From Candidatus Xenobia bacterium (GTDB lineage: Bacteria; Vulcanimicrobiota; Xenobia; Xenobiales; QWHO01): 64,000 nucleotides of DNA. Both the position numbers and the translations under genes were made by a program. The notes beneath the pieces were generated by a model, which was given only the letters and a program-made list of their open reading frames with translations, made no database searches and was not told where the DNA came from. This document shows, in pieces, positions 19,391 through 28,683 of the stretch (positions within the stretch are counted from its first letter, which is position 1; each line of letters begins with the position of its first letter). The DNA lies in NCBI GenBank assembly GCA_045863235.1, contig BTUM01000033.1, positions 14,909 to 78,908 on the forward strand, read 5' to 3'.

Positions 19391-20697
19391 TCCGCCTGGC
19401 CATCGCGCTGCTCTTGCTGGCGGGTCTGGCCCTGGCCCAGACCGCCCCCGTGGTGCCGTCTGGACCGCTCTCGCTCGAGGCGGCCCTGGGCGAGGCGGCT
19501 GCCAACAGCCCGGCCGTGCGCGAGGCCGAGGCCCGGGTGCAGGAGGCGGTCTACGGAGTGGATGAGGCCGGAGCACCGGGCAAGCCTCGCATGGACTTTA
19601 CGGCCGGCTATCAGTACCTGACCCCGACGCTGTCGTTCTCGGGCCTGCCGGTGGTGGTCAACAACAACTACGAATTCGCGGTCGGGCTGCAGCAGACACT
19701 GGCCGACTTCGGGCGACTGCACTGGGCCACCGCCACCGCCGAGCTGCGCCAGCGCAGCCTGACCGAGGAGGTGCGCCGGCAAAAGGAAGATCTGGCCATG
19801 CAGGTGCGCCAGGCTTACGCGGGCCTTCTCTTCGCGCGCCAGAGCCTGGCGGTGGCCAGCGACCTGGTGGCGGCCCGCCGGGCCCACGTCGAGGTGGTGG
19901 AGACCCGCCTCAAGGCGGGAGCCGTTCCGCGCTACGACATGCTGTCGAGCCAGGCCGCCCTGGCCCAGGCTGAAGAGCAGCTCGTCACTGCCCGCAGCCA
20001 GGAGTCGGTGGCCCGCCAGCGCTTGTTGACGCTGCTTGGACGCTCGCTGGAGCAGCCTCTGGAGCTGGCCGACTGGCCGGTGGAGATCGCCCTGCCCGAC
20101 CTCGCGGAGGGCGCCACCCGCGCCCTGGTCGAGCGGCCCGAGCTCACGGCTCTGAACTGGGCCGTGGAGGCGGCCCGGGCCCGCGTACACCTGGAAGAGA
20201 GCCAGGACAACCCCGCCCTCAGCTTCGCCACGCGCTACGCCCAGCGAAACGAGACAGCCTTTCAGAACAGCTCGCTGTGGTCGGCTGGAGTGCTCTTCAG
20301 CGTGCCCTTGTTCGACGGCGGCACCAGCGAGGCGCGCGCCAACCAGGCCGAGGCGGTGGTGGTGCAGCTGAGCGAGTCGCAAGAGAAGCTGCGCCGGCTG
20401 GTGGCCCTGGAGGTGCAGGAGAGCTACCAGCAGTTGCTCACCGCCAGCGAGCAGTTGAGGCTCTCGTCGGCGCGTCTGGAGCAGACCACCGAAGGCCTGC
20501 GCATCGCCCGCCTGCGCTATCAGACCGGGGTGAGCATCAACCAGGAGGTGCTCGACGCCGAGTCGTCCCAGAGCCAGGCCCGCCTCGACCGACACCGGGC
20601 CGAGCTGGCCCTGCGCACCGGCTGGGCGCGCTGGCTGCGGGTTTGCTCGGTCAGTCCAGAGCCAGCAGCCGAGCCAGCACCAGCTCCATCGCGCTGA
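19387..20697 (+). CDS. TolC family outer membrane protein
   Basis: signal peptide, OEP repeats, [14 protein letters not shown]. Confidence 0.9.
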   Translation: MIRLAIALLLLAGLALAQTAPVVPSGPLSLEAALGEAAANSPAVREAEARVQEAVYGVDEAGAPGKPRMDFTAGYQYLTPTLSFSGLPVVVNNNYEFAVGLQQTLADFGRLHWATATAELRQRSLTEEVRRQKEDLAMQVRQAYAGLLFARQSLAVASDLVAARRAHVEVVETRLKAGAVPRYDMLSSQAALAQAEEQLVTARSQESVARQRLLTLLGRSLEQPLELADWPVEIALPDLAEGATRALVERPELTALNWAVEAARARVHLEESQDNPALSFATRYAQRNETAFQNSSLWSAGVLFSVPLFDGGTSEARANQAEAVVVQLSESQEKLRRLVALEVQESYQQLLTASEQLRLSSARLEQTTEGLRIARLRYQTGVSINQEVLDAESSQSQARLDRHRAELALRTGWARWLRVCSVSPEPAAEPAPAPSR

Positions 20698-20963
20698 GAG
20701 TTGGGTCGGACTCGACGCGCCCGAGCCGGCGTCGAAAGCGATGATGGGAAGCGAGCGCAGTTGCTCGCACAGGAGCTCGCTCACGCTGTCCAGGCCCCCT
20801 CACCGCGTGCTCACCCGGATATGGCTTGCCAGGCCGCGCAAGCTGGCCCAGGCGACCGGAACTCGCGTTTGATGAAAAAACCTCAAATCATGCTTCTGAC
20901 CCAACGAGAGTCTCCGCGCTCTCTGCGGCGGAGAGTGAAGGGATCTGAATGTCAACAGACCCT

Positions 20964-21506
20964 CTAGGGTAACAAGGCCTGAACCTGAATGCTGGCCTGA
21001 GCCCAGGACAGCATTCCTTCTGGGCCTATCTCCTCTGACCGGGAGTAACCCAATTCGCCGGGTTGGGTGTAGCGCAAGACTTGTCGCCCGTTGAGGTCGA
21101 CCACCCAGTACTCGGGAATACCCGAGCGAGCATAGACACAGGCTTTGCGACCGCAATCGAAAGTCAGCGAGGAATCGGCGATCTCCACCACCAGCAAAGC
21201 GCTGCGCGGCTGCTGCTCGACGTAGTCGCGGCGTTTCCCGGCCACGATGGCGAGATCGGGTTCCGGGTCGGAGGCACTGCCCAGGTAGAGAGGCAACTGG
21301 ACCCGCAGATGGGTTTCCGGAGCCAGGGCAGCCGTGAGCTCGTCCTGGGCCAGTCCAAGCGCAGTGGAGTGCGGGGAGTTTTGCGGGCACATTTGATAGA
21401 TCTCCCCTTCCAGCAAGAATACGCGGGAGTCTTCCCCCAGCAAGCCCGAGGTGATCATGCGGTCCCATTCCTGCAGGGTCCACTGCTTGTGAGCAAGCTC
21501 TTCCAT
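20964..21506 (-). CDS. Uma2 family endonuclease-fold protein
   Basis: LLEGEIYQM, PEPDL, LVVEIADSS, KACVYARSGIPEYWVVDL. Confidence 0.9.
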   Translation of the reverse strand: MEELAHKQWTLQEWDRMITSGLLGEDSRVFLLEGEIYQMCPQNSPHSTALGLAQDELTAALAPETHLRVQLPLYLGSASDPEPDLAIVAGKRRDYVEQQPRSALLVVEIADSSLTFDCGRKACVYARSGIPEYWVVDLNGRQVLRYTQPGELGYSRSEEIGPEGMLSWAQASIQVQALLP

Positions 21507-21702
21507 CAGGTTCAGGTTTTCTGCGGCTGCGCGTGTCCACCTCTGCCAGGTGAAGACGGATAGATGGCAACCGAACCTTGCTCGAGTGCGCCGACCACGG
21601 CCTGGTCCTGTTCGAACGCGGAGCCTGGGCCGAGCTGTCGGCCCTGATGGCCACTTCTTCAAGAAGCCTTATAGGCTCAGCGACCGGAAGTTGGCTCACT
21701 GA

Positions 21703-21754
21703 TTGACACCGCGCCCCCCCTCGCTATAATCAGATTTATGAAGAGAAAATCTGA
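21703..21754 (+). promoter_or_regulatory. consensus sigma70 promoter plus inverted-repeat operator of the TA operon
   Basis: TTGACA-16-TATAAT; ATG 7 nt later; TCAGATTT-N9-AAATCTGA straddles the start codon. Confidence 0.8.
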
Positions 21755-22028
21755 AAAAGGTCCGACGCACATCTCTGCCACCGAGGCAAGCCGCTCGTTC
21801 TCGGAGATCCTAGACCAGATCGAGGAGGGAGCGACCTACATCGTCCATCGCCGGGGCCGGTCGATCTGCTCGATGACCCGTCCCCCCGTGCACGGCCGGA
21901 AAGCGTCTGAATGCCTGGACCTGCTCCGCGGACGAACCCCGGTTCGACTTGATGATGAATTTTCAACCGACCTGATGGCGATCTTGGAGGGAGAACCCGT
22001 GGAGGATCGGCATTTGTGGGAATCCTGA
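21738..22028 (+). CDS. Phd/YefM family antitoxin
   Basis: ISATEASRSFSEILDQI..G.TYIVHRRG. Confidence 0.85.
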   Translation: MKRKSEKGPTHISATEASRSFSEILDQIEEGATYIVHRRGRSICSMTRPPVHGRKASECLDLLRGRTPVRLDDEFSTDLMAILEGEPVEDRHLWES

Positions 22029-22432
22029 TCGACTCCACTCTCTTGATCTTCGCCGAACGCAACAGCCTTTCCCCGGCAGAGCTCATCGACAGGATCATCG
22101 AACGCCACGGCAATCAGGAACTGGCCGCCTCGGTCATGACCGCCGGGGAGTTGCTCCACGGTTGCTGGCGCGCGGATACGCCGGAACGCAGGGCCAGGCG
22201 CGAGGAGTTCGTCGAGGCTGTGCTCGCGGTCATTCCCATCATCGAGATAACAATGCCAATTGTGCGCGTTTATGCAGAGATCGATGCGCGATTGATGAAG
22301 GACGGAAGCCGACTTCCGCCTTCGGATCTGCTCATCGCTGCGACCGCGCTCTTTCGCGGTGACGCCATCGCAACGGCCAATGTTCGCCATTTCCACCGCA
22401 TCGATCGGCTCGAGGTCCACGCCTGGAGCTAA
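22016..22432 (+). CDS. vapC: PIN domain VapC toxin
   Basis: ILIDST, GEL, DLLIAATA, TANVRHF; overlaps antitoxin. Confidence 0.9.
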   Translation: MGILIDSTLLIFAERNSLSPAELIDRIIERHGNQELAASVMTAGELLHGCWRADTPERRARREEFVEAVLAVIPIIEITMPIVRVYAEIDARLMKDGSRLPPSDLLIAATALFRGDAIATANVRHFHRIDRLEVHAWS

Positions 22433-22441
22433 GACGCGAGA

Positions 22442-25400
22442 TCAGCTTTCAGGTGACGTCGGTCCCGCGGAGGGCTCGTCTGGCTTGACCTCCTCGGGCT
22501 TCTTCTCCTCAGATCCGGACTTGGGACCGGGCTCGGGAACGGGCTCCTTCTTGGACTTCGGGGGCTCGGGAGTCGGCTCAGGCTTGGCAGGCTCGGGCGC
22601 CGGCTTGGGCGCGACCTCGGGCTTGGGCGCGGGGGTCGGCGCCGGCCCGGCGTGGCCCTCTGCATGGCCTTCGGCCGGCTGAACGGCGGGCGGCTTTGGC
22701 TTGCCACCGAGCAGGTTGGCAATTCCCTGCACCAGCACGTAGAGAGACGGGATGAAGAACACGCCCAGCGTCGAGGCCGCCAGCATGCCGCCGAAGACGG
22801 CCGTGCCCAGGGCCCGCCGGCTGACCGCGCCAGCTCCCTCGGCGACGACCAGCGGCACCACGCCCAGAATGAAGGCGAAGCTGGTCATCAAGATGGGGCG
22901 CAGGCGCAGCTTGCCCCCCTCGACCGCGGCCTCCACCAGCGTGAAGCCTTCCTTCTCGTACTTCTCCTTGGCGAACTCCACAATCAGGATGGCGTTCTTG
23001 GCCGCCAGGCCGATCAGCATCACCAGGCCGATCTGCACATAGAGGTTGTTGTCCATCTTGATGACCGCGGTGGCGATGTAAGCCCCCATGACGCCCACCG
23101 GAATACCGAACAGCACCGCGAACGGCACGGCCCAGCTCTCGTACTGAGCCGACAAGAACAAGAACACGAACAACAGAGCCAAAAGGAAGATCACTCCCTG
23201 ACTGCCCTGGGCCGCCTTCTCCTGGTAAGCCATGGTAGTCCAGGCCACGCTGTAATTGGAAGGCAGCGATTTGGCCATCTTTTCCACCGTGGCGATAGCC
23301 TGGCCGCTCGAGTAGCCGGGGGCCGAGTTGCCGTTGACCTCGACGGCGCGATAGAGGTTGAAGCGGGTGATGGTATCGGCGCCCGTGAGCACCTTGGGGG
23401 CGGTCAGCGTCTTCAGGGGTACCATGCTGCCATCCTTGGCGCGCACGTAGAGGCTGCCGATGTCTTCCTTGGTGCGCCGGTAGTCAGCCTCGGCCTGGAT
23501 GTAGACCTGCCAGGTGCGGCCAAACTTGTTGAACTGGTTGACGTAGTAGCCGCCCAGGTTGGCCTGCAGGCCGGCGAAAACGTCGCTCAGGGGAATGCCC
23601 AGCACCTTGACCTTGTCGCGATCGACCCACAGCTTCACCATGGGCACGTTGGTGGAAAACAGCGTGAAGACGCCCTTGAGCTGCTTCTGCTGATTGAGCT
23701 GAAAGATGAACTGCTTGGCGGTGTCGGCCTGAGCGAGGATGTCGCCGCCGCTGCGGTCCTGGAGCTCGAAGGTGAAGCCGCCGGCGTTACCCAGGCCGGG
23801 AATGGGCGGGGGATTGAAGACCGCGATGCGGGCCTCGGGGTACTTGGAGAACTCGGCCTGCAGTCGCTCGATGGTCTTGAAGGCGTGCTCCTCGGGGGTC
23901 CGCTCCTCCCACGGCTCGAGCACGACCACGATGGAGCAGGAATTGGTGTTATAGGTCGACATCATCAGGCTGTAGCCGCCCAGCCCCAGCACCGACTTCA
24001 CGCCGGGCTGCTTCTTGCATGCCTCCTCCATGTGCTTGAGCACCTCGTTGGTGCGGCTGAGCGAGGACGCCTCGGGGAGCTGGGCGTCGATCATGAAGTA
24101 GCCGTTGTCCTCACCGGGCAAGAAGCCCGTCGGCAGAGTGACCTGCAAACGGTAAGCGATGTAGAACACGACACCCAGCAAGCACAGCGTGACCAGCATG
24201 AGCTTGATGGTCAGGCGCACGGTGCGCGTGTAGCCCGCGTTGACCCAATCGAAGACCTTGTTGAAGCCGGCCAGGAACCAGCCCAGCGGACCGCGCATGG
24301 GCTTTCTGGGCCGCAGAATCAGCGTGCACAGGGCCGGGGTGAGCGTCAGGGCCACCAGTGCCGAGAGACAGACCGACACCGCCAGCGTGAGGGCGAACTG
24401 ACGATACATCAGTCCGGTGATGCCGCCCATGAAGGCCACCGGCACGAAGACCGAGGTCAGCACCAGGGCGATGGCCACCACCGGTCCGCCCACCTCGGCC
24501 ATGGCCCGCTCGGTCGCCTGAAGCGGAGAGAGCCCGTGCTCGATGTGGTGCTCCACCGCCTCCACCACCACGATGGCATCGTCCACCACGATGCCCACCG
24601 CCAGCACCAGGCCGAACAAAGTCAGCATGTTGATTGAAAAACCGAAGGCCACGAAGGCGGCGAACGTGCCGATCAAAGAGACCGGCACGGCCAGCATGGG
24701 GATCAGGGTGGCCCGGAAGTTGCCCAGGAAGACGAAGACCACCAGGATGACCAGGATGATCGCGTCGCGCAGGGCCAGGATCACCTCGTGGATGGAGGCG
24801 GTCACGAAGTCGGTGGTGTCCAGCGTCAGCTCATAGTCGACATCGGGAGGAAACCTGGTCTTGAGCTGTTCCAGCTTCTCGCGCACAGCCTTGGAGGTGG
24901 CCAGCGAGTTGGCCCCCGGCATCAGGTAGATGCCGACCGGAATAGCCGCCTGGCCGTTCAGCCGGCCGAAAGTATTGTAGGTCTTGGACCCCATCTCGAC
25001 CCGGGCGACGTCTTTCATGCGCAAGATCGAGCCATCCGGGTTGGTGCGCAGGATGATGTTGCCGAACTCCTCGGCCTCGGTCAGGCGGCCTTTGACGTTG
25101 ACCGAATACTGAAAGTCGACCGGCCGGGGCATCGGCTCGGCGCCCACCGAGCCGGCGGCCGCCTGGACGTTTTGCTCTTTCAGGGCGTTGGCCAGATCGG
25201 TGGTGGTCAGGCCCAGGCTGGTCAGGCGAGCGGGATCAACCCACATGCGCATGGCATAGTCTTGCTGACCCACCAGGATGACGGCCAGGCCGACGCCCGG
25301 AAGACGGGCCAGCTCGTCGATCACGTTCACCAGCACGTAGTTGGAAAGAAAGCTGGCGTCGTAGGTGCCACCGGGCGAGAAGAAGCTCATGAAGATGAGG

Positions 25401-25804
25401 ATCTGGGTCGACTGCTTCTTCACCGAGACGCCCTGCTGGGTGACCTCAGGTGGCAGGAAGGGCAAAGCCAGGTTGACCCGGTTCTGCACGTCCACCGAGG
25501 CAAGGTCCGGGTCGCGACCCACCTCGAACGAGACCGTGAGGTTCATGCGGCCGTCGTTGGTGGACTTGCTCTGCATGTAGATCATGCTTTCAGCCCCGTT
25601 GACCTGCTGCTCGATGGGGGCGGCCACCGTCTCCTCGACGGTCTGGGCATCGGCGCCGGTATAGTTGGCCAGCACCTGAACGGTGGGAGGGGTGATGTCG
25701 GGGTACTGGGACGAAGGCAAGGCCAGGATGGCCAGCCCGCCGGCCAGCAAGATGACCAGCGAGATGACGATAGACAGGACCGGGCGATGGATGAAGACGC
25801 TCAT
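22442..25804 (-). CDS. HAE1 multidrug RND permease with Pro/Lys/Glu-rich tail
   Basis: [48 protein letters not shown]. Confidence 0.95.
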   Translation of the reverse strand: MSVFIHRPVLSIVISLVILLAGGLAILALPSSQYPDITPPTVQVLANYTGADAQTVEETVAAPIEQQVNGAESMIYMQSKSTNDGRMNLTVSFEVGRDPDLASVDVQNRVNLALPFLPPEVTQQGVSVKKQSTQILIFMSFFSPGGTYDASFLSNYVLVNVIDELARLPGVGLAVILVGQQDYAMRMWVDPARLTSLGLTTTDLANALKEQNVQAAAGSVGAEPMPRPVDFQYSVNVKGRLTEAEEFGNIILRTNPDGSILRMKDVARVEMGSKTYNTFGRLNGQAAIPVGIYLMPGANSLATSKAVREKLEQLKTRFPPDVDYELTLDTTDFVTASIHEVILALRDAIILVILVVFVFLGNFRATLIPMLAVPVSLIGTFAAFVAFGFSINMLTLFGLVLAVGIVVDDAIVVVEAVEHHIEHGLSPLQATERAMAEVGGPVVAIALVLTSVFVPVAFMGGITGLMYRQFALTLAVSVCLSALVALTLTPALCTLILRPRKPMRGPLGWFLAGFNKVFDWVNAGYTRTVRLTIKLMLVTLCLLGVVFYIAYRLQVTLPTGFLPGEDNGYFMIDAQLPEASSLSRTNEVLKHMEEACKKQPGVKSVLGLGGYSLMMSTYNTNSCSIVVVLEPWEERTPEEHAFKTIERLQAEFSKYPEARIAVFNPPPIPGLGNAGGFTFELQDRSGGDILAQADTAKQFIFQLNQQKQLKGVFTLFSTNVPMVKLWVDRDKVKVLGIPLSDVFAGLQANLGGYYVNQFNKFGRTWQVYIQAEADYRRTKEDIGSLYVRAKDGSMVPLKTLTAPKVLTGADTITRFNLYRAVEVNGNSAPGYSSGQAIATVEKMAKSLPSNYSVAWTTMAYQEKAAQGSQGVIFLLALLFVFLFLSAQYESWAVPFAVLFGIPVGVMGAYIATAVIKMDNNLYVQIGLVMLIGLAAKNAILIVEFAKEKYEKEGFTLVEAAVEGGKLRLRPILMTSFAFILGVVPLVVAEGAGAVSRRALGTAVFGGMLAASTLGVFFIPSLYVLVQGIANLLGGKPKPPAVQPAEGHAEGHAGPAPTPAPKPEVAPKPAPEPAKPEPTPEPPKSKKEPVPEPGPKSGSEEKKPEEVKPDEPSAGPTSPES

Positions 25805-25807
25805 CTG

Positions 25808-27142
25808 TTACTCGGCAGTCCCGCCGACTTCGGACGGGTTGACCTTCCAGCCCGAGCGGACCTTCTGGATTCCTTCCACAATCACCCGGTCACCGGGCTT
25901 CAAGCCGTCCTCGACCACGTAATACTGCTCAAAGGTCTGGCCCAGCGTCAGGTTGTGCTGCGTGGCCACGTTGTCGGGTCCGACCACGTAGGCGGCGTTG
26001 AGGCTTTGAATCTCGAACACGGCCCGCTGGGGAATCAGCAGGGCGTGCTTGAGGTCGGTCGACTTGAAGCGGATGCGGGTGAACTGACCCGGCTTCAGGA
26101 TGCCGGTAGGGTTGAGAAACGAGGCCCGCAGGCTGAGCGTCCCGGTCTGCTGGTCGATGGTGCGTCCGACCATCTGCAAGCTGCCCCTCTCGGGATACCG
26201 GGTTCCGTCGCCGAGCAGCAACTCGAACGGCCTGGCCACGCCCTGGCCGGGTCGCGATTTGAAGTACTTGAGGTAGTCGGTTTCGGCGATGGAGAAGTCA
26301 ACGTACATCGGATTGGACTCGGAGATGGTCACCAGCACCGGGTCGCCCACCCGCACCAGGTTGCCCGGGCTTACATTCAGCTTGCCGATCACGCCGTCGA
26401 AGGGAGCCGTAATGGTGCAGTAGCCCAGAGTGATGCGGGCCTGCTCCACCGACGCCTGGGCCGCTTCGAGCTGGGCCGCGGCGATGTCGATGTTGGCCCT
26501 GTCGCTCAGGCGGGTGTTGTCCACCACTGCCTGCTTGGCGTTGACCTGGGCGGCCGCCACATCGCGAGCCGAAACGGCGTTGTCGTAGGTCTGCATGGGA
26601 ATGACGCTGCGGAAAGCCAGCGGCTTGTAGCGATCCACGTCTTGCTGACAGCGCTTGAGCTCGGCCTTGGAAGAGGCGAGGTCGGCCTGGGCTTTGCGCA
26701 GGTCGACCTGGTTCTTGGCATACTCGAGATCGGCTTTGGCCTTCTCGACCTGGGCCAGGGCTGAGGAGAGCTGGGCCTCATAGGTGCTGGGATCGATCTG
26801 GAAGAGGACCTGACCGCGATTGATGAAGGTACCCTCCTGGAAGCTGAAGTCGAGCAGGCTTCCCTGGACCTGAGACTTGACGTCCACGGTCAGGCGGGCC
26901 TCGGTGCGAGCGGTGTACTCGCTATAGAGGGAGACCTGCTTCTCCTCGACCCTGGTCACCACCACGTCGGGGGGAGGGCCTGGCTGCTGCACGGCCCCCG
27001 GCGAAGGGCTCCCCCCGGGGCTGCCGCTGGCCGCGGGACTCGGAGTCGGACTCGACTCCCCCTCTCCTTCACCCGGAGTGGGGCCACAACTGACCAGCCA
27101 CAGACCCAGCAAAATCAGGGTGAGGAGATTACGAACCAGCAT
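25808..27142 (-). CDS. RND periplasmic adaptor, lipoprotein
   Basis: LWLVSC lipobox, APFDGVIG, LKPGQF. Confidence 0.92.
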   Translation of the reverse strand: MLVRNLLTLILLGLWLVSCGPTPGEGEGESSPTPSPAASGSPGGSPSPGAVQQPGPPPDVVVTRVEEKQVSLYSEYTARTEARLTVDVKSQVQGSLLDFSFQEGTFINRGQVLFQIDPSTYEAQLSSALAQVEKAKADLEYAKNQVDLRKAQADLASSKAELKRCQQDVDRYKPLAFRSVIPMQTYDNAVSARDVAAAQVNAKQAVVDNTRLSDRANIDIAAAQLEAAQASVEQARITLGYCTITAPFDGVIGKLNVSPGNLVRVGDPVLVTISESNPMYVDFSIAETDYLKYFKSRPGQGVARPFELLLGDGTRYPERGSLQMVGRTIDQQTGTLSLRASFLNPTGILKPGQFTRIRFKSTDLKHALLIPQRAVFEIQSLNAAYVVGPDNVATQHNLTLGQTFEQYYVVEDGLKPGDRVIVEGIQKVRSGWKVNPSEVGGTAE

Positions 27143-28544
27143 CGGGTGCTCCTTTCGAGGGCAGGACGGAAAGCTTGAGGACGCGGTCCGGGAACTGAGT
27201 CCCCAGCGCGCGCTCCAGGCGGGAAAAGACGATCTCGCGGTTGTACTTGGTCACGGCCAGGTCAAGCCGGGCATTGATCAGGCTCTGAAGGGCGTTCTGC
27301 GTTTCCAGCGAGGTTCCCAGGCCGTTGATGAAACGCTCGCGGGCCATCTCGTAGAAGACGGCCGCGGTCTCGACCTGTTTCTCGGCCGTGCGCAGGTCAA
27401 ACTCGCTCTGCTGGAAGTTCAGCCAGGCCTGGGTGACGTCTTGAATGACCTGCGCGTTCAAGCCGTCGAGCTGATCGTGCAGGGCCTGCACCTGGGCCTC
27501 GGCCGACTTGACCCGTCCATCGCGCAAGCCGCCGTCCCACAGCGACCAGCTCACGCTCAGGTTGACCCCGAAGGTGTCGGTGGGCAAGAACGAGCCGATG
27601 GTGTCGAAGTAGCCGGCCTGCATGCTGACGATGGGCATGCTCTCGTGGTAGGCCGCCTCGAGCAGCTTGTCGGCCACGGCGATGTTCTTGTTGACCAGGA
27701 CCACCTCGGGACGCGCTTGCAGGGCCAGCGCCACCAGACCATCCAGGTCGACCCCTTCGGCCACCGTGGCGCTGGCCGGTTCGACGGGCTGGAGCGGCTC
27801 CTGGCCCTGGTCGTAGAGCACGGTCTTCAAGGCGATGCTGGTATTCCCGATTGATGTCACGCTCTGGGCCACCGTCTGCTGGGCCTCCACCACCTGAAGC
27901 TCGGCCTGCACAATGTCGTATTTAGCGGCCAACCCCTGGTTGAACAGCGCATTGGTATCCGACAGGTTCTGTTTGGTCAACTGCAGGTTCTGCCGGGCCA
28001 CGTCGAGCGTTTCATCGGCCTGGAGCCGGCGAAAGAAGCTCTCCTTGATGTTCAAGACCAGATCCTGGCGGTCGAGCTCGAGTTGCTGGGTGGCCACGTC
28101 AATTTGAAGGAAAGCGGCCGCGATCTCGTTCTCAACCCGGCCAAAGGTGGTCAAAAGGGCCTGCATGGTCAGGCTCAGCTGGCTCGAGACGGTGTTCTGC
28201 CGGGTGGTGGCAAGGCTCTGCTTGCTCAAGACGATGCTCTCGTCCTGGAAGACGAACTTGAGGTTCTTCTGGCTGTCGCTCTGTTCGTAATCGCCGATGG
28301 CGGATTGAATACCCTGGGCCGACTGCTTCAAGGTGGGGCTCTGGGAGACTCCCTGATCGACGGCCTCCATCAGCTTCAGCGGCCGGGTCTGGGAGGGGGC
28401 CTGGTACTGAAGCAGCGGGCTGGTTCCAAGGTCTGGACTGGCTTGAGGTTGCGGGCTGGCCTGTGGTTGCTGCGGTTCTTGACCGATCGCGGGCAAGAAC
28501 AGGCAATTGAAAATAATGAGCAAGCACGCGACCGACAGTCTCAT
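27129..28544 (-). CDS. TolC family protein
   Basis: signal peptide, SWSLWDGG, ERFINGLGT. Confidence 0.88.
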   Translation of the reverse strand: MRLSVACLLIIFNCLFLPAIGQEPQQPQASPQPQASPDLGTSPLLQYQAPSQTRPLKLMEAVDQGVSQSPTLKQSAQGIQSAIGDYEQSDSQKNLKFVFQDESIVLSKQSLATTRQNTVSSQLSLTMQALLTTFGRVENEIAAAFLQIDVATQQLELDRQDLVLNIKESFFRRLQADETLDVARQNLQLTKQNLSDTNALFNQGLAAKYDIVQAELQVVEAQQTVAQSVTSIGNTSIALKTVLYDQGQEPLQPVEPASATVAEGVDLDGLVALALQARPEVVLVNKNIAVADKLLEAAYHESMPIVSMQAGYFDTIGSFLPTDTFGVNLSVSWSLWDGGLRDGRVKSAEAQVQALHDQLDGLNAQVIQDVTQAWLNFQQSEFDLRTAEKQVETAAVFYEMARERFINGLGTSLETQNALQSLINARLDLAVTKYNREIVFSRLERALGTQFPDRVLKLSVLPSKGAPDAGS

Positions 28545-28683
28545 GGCCGGCCTGTATACGAAAGGAGTGGACGAAACCCTTCCGTGCCCGGTAGCACTTT
28601 CGTCCAGGGAGAGCTGTTTTGATCCCGTGGAGGAAACCAGACCGAGAGGACACGCCGAACCGGTCGGGAACCTCCGTCCTTCG

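Noticed and set aside
21560..21700. Fragment LLECADHGLVLFERGAWAEL resembling a zinc-ribbon remnant
   Set aside because: An in-frame stop lies just upstream, there is no credible start, and the similarity is too weak.
22442..22700. Pro/Lys/Glu-rich tail of the RND permease as a new domain
   Set aside because: Low-complexity disordered extension; similar tails occur on several proteins in this window.
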